64,000 bases of DNA from the human T2T-CHM13v2.0 reference genome, Homo sapiens. Position numbers and translations under genes: made by a program. The notes beneath the pieces are model-generated. The model was not told the origin of the DNA and did no database searches. It saw only the letters and a list, made by a program, of their open reading frames with translations. Location: assembly GCF_009914755.1 (NCBI RefSeq), contig NC_060937.1; one strand, 5' to 3'. The stretch's first letter is position 1; the number at the start of each line of letters is the position of its first letter. Below are positions 1 to 14,438 of the stretch, one piece after another.

Positions 1-533
1 TACAAGTTCCCTCCCCTTTCAAACAGTTATAGGGATCTATTTTTACAGGGACCCAAAGAGTTAGGAGAAATCCAGCATGTGCTAAGGCTCACCTTCACTT
101 TTTTTTTTTCCACACAAGGATTAACATTAACGATGTAATGAGTTAAAACAGACTTTAATACCACTAAGCATGGATTTCCCCATTAACCTTGGCAATTATG
201 TCACTTCAAAGAAGGAAGTATCAATAACGAAATTCTTTTGAATTAAATAAAATTATGGAAATTGTCCATCTGAGGTCTGGGCGCAGAAGAAGGAGGTTTC
301 GGTATTTTAAAGAAGAACTCTTATTGGTGGATAATTATTAATATGAAATGAAATTTGTAAAGCTAGCCCTATCAGGGTACCTATATATATAGGTGCTTGA
401 TGAGTATTTAGTCTCCCTCACACCATTTTCTAATTCCCATCCTTGAAAATTTTGGCAGGAAATACAGACTTCCCAGTGGCTAAAAAATTATGCTGAAACT
501 TCTCTTGTGGTTCAGGTAACCTCCACTTACTTA

Positions 534-536
<3 letters not shown>

Positions 537-564
<28 letters not shown>
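537..564. repeat. (AC)n microsatellite
   Basis: Uninterrupted AC dinucleotide run. Confidence 0.95.
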
Positions 565-569
<5 letters not shown>

Positions 570-949
570 TTATCCAGGGAACTTTAATAGCTTATTAAAC
601 CTTAATGGAACTATCTAGGCAAAATAAAAATAATGGTGATTACGTATTCTAAATCCAAAACACATTAAATTAACTCGAATTTTTTGATGGTTCCAATAGG
701 TAACTATTACCACCTGATTTCGTTTACGAGTTTCCACAGTAAAAACGAAATTTGTCAGCACTCGTTTGCTTCTAGCATTTCTGCTACAGCAGGCTTCGCC
801 GGCAGACTGATCTTTCTAGACCTTGTCTCTTTCAGAGCGCCAATTTTATATTGAGGCTATTCAGTTCTCCACTTTTAAGAGAGACGGGTGCACTTTTTTT
901 TCCTTTAAAAATCAAATGAGAAAATGGAGAAAGAGTTTGTAGCACTCAC

Positions 950-2530
950 GGGTGGAGAAAACCCATCTGCCTGATCCTTTTGTCCCGGTGCGGAGTCGCT
1001 GGAGAGGAGAGTCTCCTGGAGCCGCTTCGCGGATCCCACTGGGTCACCTGGTCCTGGCTTATTTTCTTTGAGGCCCATTCTCGGGGAGTAAATAGACAGT
1101 AGCGAGTTTCCTGGCAACTTTGCACTACTCTTTAAATAGAAGAGAATTCCTCCAGTTTGCCTCCCCTTATAGGCTTTCCCGCCTCAAATTGTTTTAAATG
1201 CTCCTCACAGTCTTTTTGCCCCTTCTCCCAATGACAAGGCAAGTCTCAGCGGGTGACCTTGGTGTGTGCCGCAGGGTTCAGGCTCTTGGAGCCCAGCTGC
1301 CCTGCTGAGAGAGCGGGAGGATAGTCGCACCTAATTAGTACGCGGCTCCGGCGGAGATGAGTGCGTGGGCACTGTGCGTGCATCTTGCACATGACACCCA
1401 AGTTCAAAGCGCCCTGCTTATGAAAACTTGGGGCATCAATATCGTCTCATCACTCAGGCGCCCTTAGCGAATCTGGACAGATCGAGGGGCGCAGTCTTGG
1501 CTTCCGGACCAGGACTTTCTTTTTTTGAGATCTATTTAGCTAGTTTAGAAAAATACACCTTATGCGAACATATACAGCTATTTTCTCGCCCTCCACTCCA
1601 GTGGTCTGCAAGCCCCTGGTGCTAGTGTGAATATTCCTGAGTCCTGAGCGGGTTCCCGCCCGTGCAGAGCCAAGAACACTGAGCGGAGGTCACTGTAAGT
1701 TCAGAGCCGTGCATCCTGGTTAGAATTGGGAGAAAAAATTCTAAGCCCGCCCGGAGCTGCTCAGAAAAGATGGGTCTCGGTCCAGCGCCCCCTTAAAGTC
1801 CTCAGTGCGCGAAAGTCTTGGATTACTGTGCTTTGCGCAAATTGGACGCCACGCCTGAAGGGCCCGCGGAATCAATCGCTTGCCTTCTGTGGGGTCCTGG
1901 CATCAGCGTGACCAGGACATGCTATTATTATTGCAAACCGAGACTTGAAGTGGACCCCCAGCCTCCACCCAAGCCCTGCGGCCAGGGAATAATTCTAAGG
2001 GCTCTCCCCTTTGGATGTCTAGGGTCGGGGCGGTCTCGGCTCCCTGGATCCTCTGGTGTCCCGGCACCGAGGGGCGCTCGGCAGCGGGGCAGAGGGGACG
2101 GCCTCGCGACCCCGCCAGGGGCACGAAGGAACGGCGGCCGAGGGAAGTCCACGCGGGCTCTGGCGCAGCAGCGAAGCTGGAGGCGTTTGCTCCGCTCTGC
2201 CCGGAGCAAGGGGCGCGCAGGGGAAACCGCTTCTAGAGCTTCGCGGGGAAGGGATCAGGGGCGGAGGGAATTCTGTATTCTAGTTGTGGATCTTTCGGGT
2301 CTCTGTCAGTTAACAGAAGCCTTTGGGGTGTGGGTCCGGGACGCCGCTCGGAGCCGTAAAACCTTGCCTGACCCGGCGCTCCCAGCCACTGCGGTGCAGC
2401 CGCCTTCGCCTTCTGGGTGCGGGACACAATCTGGCCCAAGGTCGTTCAAATCGGGGCCGGCCTACCCCTCAGAGAGAGCCTCCGCCCATGGTCCAGTGGC
2501 AGGGAAGCCTCAGGCTACGGCCTAGATGGA
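950..2530. promoter_or_regulatory. CpG island / promoter-like or Polycomb-type regulatory region
   Basis: High GC with abundant CpG against a CpG-depleted background. GC boxes (ggggcgg near 2027 and 2258), perfect C/EBP palindrome TTGCGCAA 1833-1840 abutting ATTGG, homeobox-type CTAATTAG near 1331. No Alu or L1 inside. Confidence 0.8.
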
Positions 2531-4133
2531 GCATTCACAAGGGCGTTTCCAGGCCCCAGTGGCCTCTGAGCAGGGGTTAACTGAGGTTCAGGTTTCTTCT
2601 GAAAACCTGAACTGAGGTTCAGGTTCACAAAAAGAATTACACAAGTTTCCCAACTCTACAATCTGTTAACTCAAGGCCGATTACCTTCTCAGAATCCTCT
2701 AAGTATTTTTGCCTGTAAAGTGAATTTGGACTTTCTTCTTCTCTTCCTCACACAGCTGGTCACAGACAAAAGGTGGGTTACAGGCCTGGAAAAGATTCAT
2801 CCCCTGCTCACACATGTGCCTCTTTCTTGGGACGTTGTGTGTTCTCCACACTCCTGGGCCGGTCAGGAGGGGTCTTGTGCTCTGCTAGGGAGGTGGGCTT
2901 CCCTGTAGGAAGAGTGTGGAGGGAAAGGCCTAGCTGGCCCACTTGGTAGGGAGGGTCCCACGTGGCCTGCAGAAAGGCATGAAAATGACCAGGAGACAGG
3001 ACCTGGGCCGATATGTGTGAAGGGTGGGGATCTGGAGGCATTGGGAAAACTCTCTCCCAGTGAAAAAGAGGCCCAAGAAGTTCTGCTGCCTGTTCTAAGA
3101 AGACAGGATGCTCAGTCTCAAGGTGGGACAAGGCCAGAGTTCCTTGCGACCAAACTGGGATCGGAAATCTGTATTTTCCTGGCTAAACTTCTTGTATTTT
3201 AAGCTTCTTTCTCATTTGCTTTCCGTTTACTCTTTAGTCAAGTGTTTCTGAAAATCTTGCCAAAAGGAAGTCATTCAGTTAACAGATATTTATTGAGAGA
3301 CCACTGCATGTCAGGCACAGGAATAGGACGGTGAAGAAGACAGTTCTTGTCCTTACAGCTTACAATCCAATTTTTATCTTAAGAGAATAAAAGCAATTAA
3401 AGGATGCCATGAAAAAGATACCTGGGTAGATCCAAGGTGAAGGGAGCATGGCTATTTGGGGCTACTTACAAGAACTTCAGTATCCTTGAAACTTAGAGGG
3501 CAGAGGACCTGCTGGGGGAGCAGAGAGACAGCTTGAGGAGAGGAGCCTGGGCCCTGAGAGGGGGACCCGGGGTGAATAGTTCATCATGGGGCTTTCATGG
3601 TGCACAGCAGGTGAAGCCGAGGGCTGTGTTAGATCCGATGCCCCCTAGGTTTCCTTCTGGTGTGAAGATTTGAAGGATTCACTTTTATCAAGGGAGCTGA
3701 TGTTTCCTTGCCAGGCACCACATATATCCCTGTGCTATTACACATGATTAATACTGCAGACTTTAAAATAACAATATGCAACTAAAAAGTACTTTCAAGA
3801 GAACTCATCTAGCAGAACGTTTTGTAAGAATATTGTAGTTAGAGAATTGTGTTGGAGATTAAATCATACATAGTGAACAAGACACTGTCCAGTCCTCACA
3901 ATTTACCATCCAGTGGAAGATACAGAGAAATATATATGAGACATTCGAATTCACTGGAGAATAGAGAGCAGGCTTTATGCTCTCAGGAAGTTGGGTTATA
4001 GGGTTGGGGCATTTAGTTCAAGGTAGCTTGGGGAGGTCCCATGAAGAAATCTGGGAGATGATTCATAGAAGAACGGCTTTTGTGTATTGACTGAGCCCTT
4101 ATTCTTATATGGCATTCAAAATCCTCCTGCAAA

Positions 4134-4343
4134 CACAGTATTTCTGGGGCTCAGAATTGCCCTGAATTAATAACTGTGCTAGAAAGACAAAAGAAAGTTC
4201 TTGCAACTGATGAGACTTAAAAAAGTCCCCTCTGGAAATGTTAAGGCCTTCACAATATTTCTAGGGCTCAGGATTGTCAAAGGCTACTAACTCTGCCAGA
4301 GAGACAAAAGAAAGATCTTGCAACTAACTAGACTAAAAAAAGT
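4134..4343. repeat. Diverged tandem duplication, 117-bp period (2 copies)
   Basis: cacagtatttctggggctcagaattg...agacaaaagaaagttcttgcaact...aaaaaagt (4134-4226) versus cacaatatttctagggctcaggattg...agacaaaagaaagatcttgcaact...aaaaaagt (4251-4343). Confidence 0.85.
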
Positions 4344-4439
4344 GCTAGTTTGATGTTACAGTGATTAATTATGAAAATACTCAGGCATGATGCTTTTAAT
4401 TGAATCCTTTTGTAGCATTATTGGTAGGGGCAGGAGGGA

Positions 4440-4630
4440 ACAGCAATTCCTTGAATGCCTGCTGTTCCATAGGCCCTTGACATATATTGTCTCTTTTAAT
4501 GCTCATGACAACTCCATCAAGTCGGTATTTTTATTTCCATTTTTTAGATTAGAAAAATGAGGTTCAGTGAGGTTATGCAAGGCCACTTGGGGAGTAAGTG
4601 GCAGACCCATCTGACTTCAAGCCTGTGTTC
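4440..4630. mobile_element. MIR SINE relic
   Basis: MIR core-like ttatttccattttt-agat-agaaaaatgaggttcagtgaggtt...agtaagtggcaga. Confidence 0.6.
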
Positions 4631-5159
4631 TCTTCCCTTTTCTCATGGAGTGCCTTCCCAACCCAGAGGGTGATGAGTCTAAAAAGGAATCATATTAAGA
4701 GAATTCACATTTGCAAATTTTAAATTCCTATAAAAAAATAGGCTTGGATGAACTTATAATATCTCTATAAATTATATTTTAGGGTTGCCAATATAAAAAA
4801 TTAAGGAGATCAAAATAAACATCAAGAATGCTTTATACAAATTAAATTAACAGAATGCAATTAATGTCTCTTTACCGTTGCTTGCTAGAAAATTTTCAGA
4901 ATAAAGAGATGCTTATCCATTAGTTTTGCTTTATTACACAGAGAAACACATGCGTGTCTAGCCTTACACTTAAGTGGAAATTCCCTTAGGTCACTTTCCC
5001 TGGGTTGTGACTAAAGGCGGCTGTCATTATCATGTAGGCCATGTGAGGTTTGTGACTGGAGAAGGGATTATGGTCATGTTATAATGTTATAAGTTGATAA
5101 AATTTTATAGGTACAAGTAAAAGCTTTTTACTTAAAACGAAAATCCTAGGATTACATCA

Positions 5160-5520
5160 ATCAATCAATTCAGCAAATATCTGTTGAACATCTTCTGCCT
5201 GCCAAGGACCGTGCTGTGTGCTGAGGATATAACGTTGATCAAGACAAACTGAGTCCTTGCTACTGGAGACAGCCGATCAGGAAGGAAGGAAAACAAGACT
5301 TGCTTGGCTTCTGCCGTGTGCCAAACACTCTCCTAGATTCATTTAATCCTTCAGATGAGCCTGCTGTCTGTCCCTGTATATGCAGAACATGCGCAGAAAA
5401 AAAGTGAGCCTCAGAAAAATTAAATAGCTTGTTCAAGGTCATACAGCTTGTAAATGACAGAGCTCCAATTCAAACCCAGCAATAAAGACAAAGTTCTTTT
5501 CACTATGCTACACTACATCC
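5160..5520. mobile_element. L2 3' end fragment followed by MIR relic
   Basis: tcaattcagcaaatatctgttgaaca (L2 terminus), then atttaatcct...ttgttcaaggtcatacagcttgtaaatgacagagc...ttcaaaccca (MIR core). Confidence 0.55.
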
Positions 5521-5993
5521 TTGACTATGAAAATACTAAAAATTGTGAGTACTTGTTAGTCATTTTATCCCTCCTTGGCTTGTTTCCTCAATTAAAACAG
5601 CTGGGTGACTATTCTTATACTATTCACCTCATAGAACACTCTTAAAACCCAAAGCACTGTAAAAAAGTTTTTTTACAGTGCTTTTTAATTGTTTAGCTTA
5701 ATTTAATTTTATAGGAGAAAAAGCATATGAACCCTAATAACAGGTGTGTCATAATAATCTATTGGTAGAAAAAAAATCCTAGTTCGATAGGATTAGATTT
5801 TGACAAATTATTATTGTTGCTTTTCTTTTATTAATTTAACACCAAACATTTATTGGAAATAGTAGAATTATGCCAAGCCTATAGATACAGAGATTTCTGA
5901 GCCTGTAGATACAGAGATACAGGATAAGGGCAAATTCCTTATCCAACAAGGACCTCCAAGTCTAGTGGGTGAGAGACATACCTATTTAGGTAA

Positions 5994-6281
<288 letters not shown>

Positions 6282-6665
6282 CCAACTCTTCATTTTAAAG
6301 TTTTCCAATAGTTCTTGTAAAGTCTGCTTACACAGGCATTGGGGAAAGAGAGCTAGACCACTTGATTAAAGTGAGGTGGCCTAGAGAAAAACAGCTTTAC
6401 AGCCTCTGACAATGTTGACAAGGATGTGGTTATATTCTACTAGCATAGATTAAGGATTCAAACAGATTTAGATAATTCAGTGTGCCATGGATGGGAAAGG
6501 TTGATGGGAAGTCTTCAAAGTAGATATAGGCAACATAAATTATAAAACATTATATGGCGGGGGGCATTTTGGCTAATAGTTTTACCCCTGAGTTCATTTA
6601 AAACTGTCAGTGGATGCCACTCATTTCTAGGGCATCTAGTCGATCCAATAAGAGTACAGCAAAGA

Positions 6666-6900
6666 CAGGAGTTCAAGACCAGCCTGGACAACATGGCAAA
6701 ACCACAAAAATACAACAAATACAACAAAAAATACAACAATTAGCTGGGTGCAGTAGCACGTGGCTATAGTCTCAGCTATTCTGGGGCTGAGATGGGAGGA
6801 TCACTTGAGCCTGAGAGGTCAAGGCTTCAGTGAGCTGAGATAGCACCACTGCCCTCCAGCCTGGGCAACAGAGTGAGACCCTGTCTCAAAAAAACAAAAA
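6666..6900 (+). mobile_element. AluJ-type SINE, 5' part missing
   Basis: caggagttcaagaccagcctgg...gggaggatcacttgagcc...gagaccctgtctcaaaa. Confidence 0.9.
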
Positions 6901-7855
6901 GTACAGTAAAAAGTTCTGAACATATTTTTTCTAAGCAAAGGAATGTTTTATTCAAATGAAACTTTAACAAAAATCTAGTATATAAAGAACTGCAGTAGCT
7001 GAAGAAGATGGATGAGGAGGAGGGACGCCCTGACAACCACCAGAACAGCCATGCATTCAGTAGACTGAGGGGCCTGGCATCAAGTCTTGCCTTCTGTGTA
7101 TTCCAGGTCTGGAAATAGGCAGCCACATCTGAGGTGCACAGTAAGTATATGATGACTGACTGAATAAATGAATGAAATGCCATCATTTTGCCTCTAAATG
7201 TAATTGAGGAACACAAAGCCGCTAACATTTTCATTAGTGAAAACCAAGGTAATGAATCCATTTAATAGCTCATTTTCATCACCAGATTCTTCTGGCCACT
7301 CACGGTCCTTACTTGCCTTCTTTGAACATGAGCTTATGAAGCATTTGGTTTTTACAGTCCAATTTCCTCTAGGACTGTTTCCATTTGACATAATCAGGAA
7401 AAGTACCCACCTGAGTTCAGGAAACTTGGTGAAATTCAGGCTGCATTTTAGGGGGTGAGTGGTGGGATAGGACCAAGAGGGAGAAAGAAAACAATTTTCT
7501 TGTAAGGATCACACACGGCTAATTTTAAAAATAAAATTATTCATCTAATTATATAAATAATGTATTGTCATTGTAGAAAGTTTGGAAAATACAGGAAAAC
7601 CTAACGAAGGAAATAAAATTTACTTTCCCTGCCATCACCCAGAGATAATGCTGTCATTGATGTCTATCCCTCCGTTCATGTCTTTATGAAGCAGGATAAC
7701 ATATATAACATCCAAATATGTTTTAACTTGCTTTTATGACTACATAATATATGCAAATATTTTATGTTGTTAAATATTGTTCTAGAACATGATTTTTAAA
7801 TTTCTGTATCATCACCGATGGAAGAATGTACCACATTTTGTCTAACAAATTTCTT

Positions 7856-7940
7856 TTATTTATTATTTATTTATTTATTTTTTAAATTTTTTATTTTATT
7901 TTATTTTATTATTATTACACTTTAAGTTTTACGGCACATG
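7856..7940 (-). mobile_element. Extremely 5'-truncated L1PA 3' end plus A-rich tail, inside an older L1M relic
   Basis: T-rich tail followed by ttattattacactttaagttttacggcacatg, the reverse complement of the L1PA terminus; short ttctt direct repeat at both ends. Confidence 0.7.
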
Positions 7941-8055
7941 TTCTTATTGTTGAAAGTTTGACTTATTTCCCCTCTTTTTTCTATTATGAATAGTGCTACA
8001 TTGAGTATCCTGTAGTCTGAGTGTGTGTCTGTTTAGTATTTATGGCATGCTACTT

Positions 8056-8123
8056 ATTTTTTTATTTTTATTTTTAATTGTTGTGGGTACATACACAGTA
8101 GGCGTATCTATTTATGGGGTACA
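8056..8123 (-). mobile_element. Short L1MA/L1PB 3' end fragment
   Basis: tttttaattgttgtgggtacata..gtaggcgtatctatttatggggtaca, flanked by atggcatgctactt at 8042-8055 and 8124-8137. Confidence 0.65.
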
Positions 8124-8137
8124 ATGGCATGCTACTT

Positions 8138-8429
8138 TTTTTTTTTTAGACAGGGTCTCACTCTGTTGCCCAGTCTGGGGTGCAGTGGAGTGTGATCACA
8201 GCTCACTGCAGCCTCAACCTCCTGGGCTCAGGTGATCTTCTCACCTCAGTCTCCAGAGTAGCTGAGACCACAGGCATGCGCCACCACACACTGCTATTTT
8301 TGCATTTTTTGTAGAGATGGGGGTCTCACCATGTTGCCCAGGCTGGTCTCAAACTCCTGGGCTCAAGTGATCTGCCCGCCTTAGCCTCCCAAAGTGCTGG
8401 ATTACAGGTGTGAGCCATTGTGCCTGGAC
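8138..8429 (-). mobile_element. AluJ SINE
   Basis: Full Alu dimer with poly-T; TSD ggcatgctacttttt. Confidence 0.92.
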
Positions 8430-9200
8430 GGCATGCTACTTTTTAAGGCTTTTGATGCACATGGGCAAATTCTAGAATGGCTGTACTGAAGTAGACATTG
8501 TGGACAATGCATTTGGGTTCTTGTTTCACACACCAGAGCTTCACTTTTCATCTGCAACGGCATTCTGACCATTTTTAATGAGCATTAGTTATTTGACACT
8601 GAGCATACCACTTTCCTAACTTTGAGAAGAAAGAGAGGTATTAAAGTCTTGGGTGTGGCTGTTTTTCAGAATTTACAATTAAAAATCTATCTCAATATTT
8701 TGCTGTCTTTAAAAAGCAGTGAAGTCTGAGGAAGGATATTAGTGGATTCAGTGGCTGCTGTTCATAATGCCTGCAGGACATTTTGAGTGTTTCCTTCCTG
8801 AGTTCAGAGCCTCATCCTCGCATCTCAATGAGACATTACCCTAGAACCTCTACCACCATGACTACCAGCACTTCTGAATTGAAACTGTCTTTGGCTGTCA
8901 ATTTGCTTTGGGGACCTTTTCTAGAAGTTAAATTCATTTTTGTGGAGGCTAAAACTAGTCACTCGATCACATTTGTGATATGAGTCATGTTAGAATAAAG
9001 ATCTAGAAGAGTGGTAGATCCTATCTAACTTGCACAATAGTAGAAAGTGAGGTACAAACAATATTTCTCCTAGTCCCTCTGAGTTCAATCTGGATTTGAG
9101 ATTTACTTTTCATGATCTGACACAAAGTATGTGTGTGTATGTGTATTTTGAAAAATTTGGACAGGAGTCCCATATGATGTTGAATTAATCAAATATAAAT

Positions 9201-9250
9201 ACACACACACACACACACACACAGACACACACAAACACAGAGACACACAC
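9201..9250. repeat. Imperfect (AC)n microsatellite
   Basis: AC run with AG/AA interruptions. Confidence 0.9.
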
Positions 9251-11085
9251 TTTATTCCATTAGGGAAAGTATGCTTTCTTTTTTTTCTTTGCTCACAAAA
9301 CTGAGAAATTGGCAGAATATTTTACTTGTAACTTGGCAGTATTGCAATTTACAGACGAGAAAGGCAAGCCAAATTGGGTGAAAATTGTTTGAGATTTTTT
9401 TTCCCAGTTTTAGACAGTGAAAATCATGTAGCTGAGCGTGCACATTCAGCCGTTTTCTGCTTGATTTTTAACCGCGTTTGTTCATTGGCACTGCCAGAGC
9501 TAGTTACAACTTCCCGGTGCAAGCATGTGATGGCCAGGGGAAGGTGTGGGGATTCGTGGCTGTCCTCCCCATGCTGTTAATGTTAAAATAACTGTTGTTT
9601 GAATTGTTTTGAGATACTGATTAGAGAAATATGAAATGTGATATTATTTGAGCTTCATAAATCCATCTTAATTATCAATATATAAACACAGACTTAGGAG
9701 TGGGAGATCCAGATCAGACATGTTTACAGGCCTGAGCTTTTTCCGTGAGTTTCTGGAACATTGTGGTGCCTGAGACACAGCGGGAATCCGACGACTCTGA
9801 GAACGGACTTTCCCTTTTAAATGCTGGAGGCTTTGAAATCGTCTTCACAATGAGGGAGGATTCATGAAGTAATGAAAAGCTGTTTCCTCTTTAAAACGTT
9901 CAGACAGCAGCACAAACATCTGGGAATTTGTTTGAATATTTGGGTTCCCTGAATTACCCATTTCCTTAACATACATTTTACTTACTTTTCCAAGGGAGAT
10001 ACATTTCCACCTCATGTTTTTCCCAGTTTAGCTGTGTTAGGCTCTTCACTTTAGCATTTAGGTTGCTTTGTATTTAAGGACACAGGTTAAGGCCGTATTA
10101 TGAAAGGTATGATTTGGGTTTGGGGGAGCAGGATGTTGTTATGCGTGAGGGGCAAAGTGATTTTTGTGTGTGATACAAGTTTCAATTACATCATGGTGTC
10201 ATCCTTATAAATTAAATTTAAAAACAGTTGTGCCAAAAAAATAGCCACTAATGTTTCTTTTAAAAAATGATTAAGCAACAATATTTACTCAATATTTGAA
10301 TTAAGCAAAACTGTCATCTTCTTTCTCCTTTTCAGAACATAATTCCTCTTTCAACTTCAGAAGTCATGAGACTTCCCTTTCTTTCTCCATTCTCTTCCTC
10401 ACACTGCAGTGTCTCAAAGGGTGAAAATGTCTGTGTGTGGGAGAGGGTGGTGGTGGTAGGGCAGTGGTCAGAACATTCTGGAATCCAGGATAAGAAAAAC
10501 CAGCTTGATTTCTGCACTTAGGACATTGTTGATGTTTATTTAGGGATGTGCTATCTGGATTGATGGAAAAATTTGGAAATACTTAAATATTTCGGTATGT
10601 AATATCGGATGATGAGACAGTGCAGCACTGATAGCTTCCTGGTTGTCAGTGTGGCTCTGTATCTCTGTTTTACTTGTCATATTTGTACTAAGACAGGTGT
10701 GGTTTTAAACGGTCAGTATTGAACTATTTTTGACTAATTAGATGCGTTACGTGTGACTTGCCAGTTTATAATTAGTTAACATATGATAAAAAATATGAGA
10801 TATATTGATTGGTATAACTATACTAAATATAATTTAATCTAGTTGACTTTTTTAATAGGCATTTTAGGATACCACAATTACTGCTGTGAACTTCAATGGG
10901 TTATGAATGACAATTGTTACTCTGGAGCATCAGGCATGTAGAAAGTATAGGGATTGGGCTTAATACAAATTTAGTGGCATAACCTGGCAGTCGCCTATTT
11001 GATTATAATTCTGCTGTTATTCTGAATGCTGTTCATCTGCCCTTATCTCATACAAGTAGGTTGCAGAACATATTTTTAAAAATCT

Positions 11086-11759
<674 letters not shown>

Positions 11760-12266
11760 TTACTTTAAAAGTTAAACAGCAGTTAATTGTGATTTGTGGA
11801 TCACTTCTTCCCCATTGATTTAATCTCTGCTTGCTTAAATAAATTAAGGTACTGTATATTCTGGATTATACTTCCTCCGCCTCAAATTTAGGAATATTGT
11901 GAAGTGAGACTATGATACTTGACTGTGGAAAGGGATATATTTGTACCCCATTACCAAGTTTTCTTCTTGGTGTCTTTCTCTAGTTCAGATGGAACTATCA
12001 TTTATATCTAGGTCTGATGAAATAAAACTGAGGGAGAGGGGCTTCCAGGTCCCCATTTCTTAAAACGTCATGTTGCCTGACATGAATGAATGCATAGCCA
12101 CACTCTTGTTCTCTGAATCTGTCAGTCAATTATGTGCATAGTTCGCAACTAGGACGGGATGTCCTGTGAAGAAAAGATAGGCATTAAGCCCCTGTAAGTA
12201 TGAGGATTGCTTGCGACATGTCCCAAGCAATTGTAGTTCATCGCTGAGATCAAGAATGACATGTTT

Positions 12267-12648
<382 letters not shown>

Positions 12649-14103
12649 TTAATGAGAGGGATGAAGGTTATGGATGTTTTTGTTTGTTTTGGAGGGTGTG
12701 TATGTGTGTAGGGGATGTTTAATGTGAGTCAGGCAGTGTGAGAATAGTTTCTGGGGTCTGGTCCCATTGAGAACAACCTGATTCTGGTAATCTTTGAATA
12801 TCATTTAACACATTACGTGGCTCTTAATAAATGGGTCTGCTTCATAGTTACAATAGAAATTGACCCCTCTGCCATGTGGTCCCCTCCTTCCCTCCATTTG
12901 GCCTTTTATCCTTGGATTTGGGTCACAACCTTTGGGGAAGGGTGGAAACAAAGCAGAACTGGCAATTATCCCAGTGATCTGGATTCTAATTAATTAAGGC
13001 CTACTTTTTTTCTCCTTTTTTGGAGAATTGTGCCTGTAGGCATTTTGTGGGAAGGATGCCTTTCTTATTGAATAACTATACCTCAAGCTTTTTTTTTTTT
13101 TTTTTTTTGGACCCAGGAAGGGATATAAAAAATAATTAGTTATGAGGGGCACCACTGAAAGTAGAAGATTTACACTCAAGCCAGGAATTTATTTGCATAT
13201 CAAATAAAGGACAGAGTCATGCATGATGTCTCAGAATCTCTAGTTATCCTAATCAGTAAAGAAAATGAAACCAGATGTGTTCATTTCAGCTTTGAATTGT
13301 GTTACTATTAGAATAAAAATTAAGTTCCCTTAAGTATCCTTTTAGGTCAAATCTAATCATTTCTCTAGATATAATTCTCAGAAAAGCCAGTGGCATTTTG
13401 ATAGTGGAACCTGGTATTTTGCTGGACTTAACAGTTCTCTGTGAAGCTACATACAAATTTTATCCATTGACCATTATGCTGTACATTTCTTAAAGTGCTA
13501 TTTTTGTTGTGGTTTCAGTGATTCTCATCCGAAACATAGCTGCATCATGTCATGGAAAAACACTGGACTGGGAGTTAGAATCATTCTCCTCTCAGCTCTT
13601 CCATTAAATGAAAAGATTTGTGCTTTTGGAAAATCACTTTAACTCTTTGGACTTCAGTTTTGTTGGCCTGCTACATAAGGTCTCTACCATCATTGAACAG
13701 TTTAGGTCTTTATTAGAACATGCACAACATAGTGAGCTAAATTGCAAACTCATCTGTAAAAATTTGACATCTTAAGCTTCAGAGTAACCCTGCTTAGTAT
13801 TTAAAAGCAAATGTCAATGTCAGAAGGTTGAAGTCCTAACAGTATTAGAAAAGCAAATGCCATCAACTTATTGAACCTACAGTTTTTAAAAATTTGTGTC
13901 TTAATAATATTTAATGTTTTTATCCGTTATACTGGTAATCCATGTTCACTGAGAAAGTTTATAAAACTCAAAAAAAATCGATCTTAATCTCACCACTCAG
14001 AACTAACTAGCAATATTTTGATGTTTCCATTCCTTTTGGTTCTCTGTATTTCTCTTATATTCTATGCCATGTATGATTTATTTTTACAAAGTTGGAATCA
14101 TAG

Positions 14104-14438
<335 letters not shown>

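Noticed and set aside
379-394. 16-bp palindrome acctatatatataggt (and ctataaatttatag at 57063)
   Set aside because: Mostly self-complementary AT runs, expected by chance
1818-2525. 235-aa ORF and overlapping ORFs in the CpG island
   Set aside because: Non-ATG start, Arg/Gly/Pro/Ala-rich low-complexity translation and several overlapping open frames on both strands, which is the stop-codon depletion expected in GC-rich DNA; no recognisable domain
5876-5918. Short direct duplications (agcct.tagatacagagat twice; also 32228-32262)
   Set aside because: Ordinary slippage micro-duplications without further structure
6827-7261. 144-aa ORF, and other 100-140 aa ORFs at 21089, 23405 and 31082
   Set aside because: No recognisable domain, partly repeat-derived, and lengths compatible with chance in six-frame scans
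13190-13200. Octamer ATTTGCAT sites (several in the window)
   Set aside because: An AT-rich 8-mer expected several times in 64 kb; no supporting context
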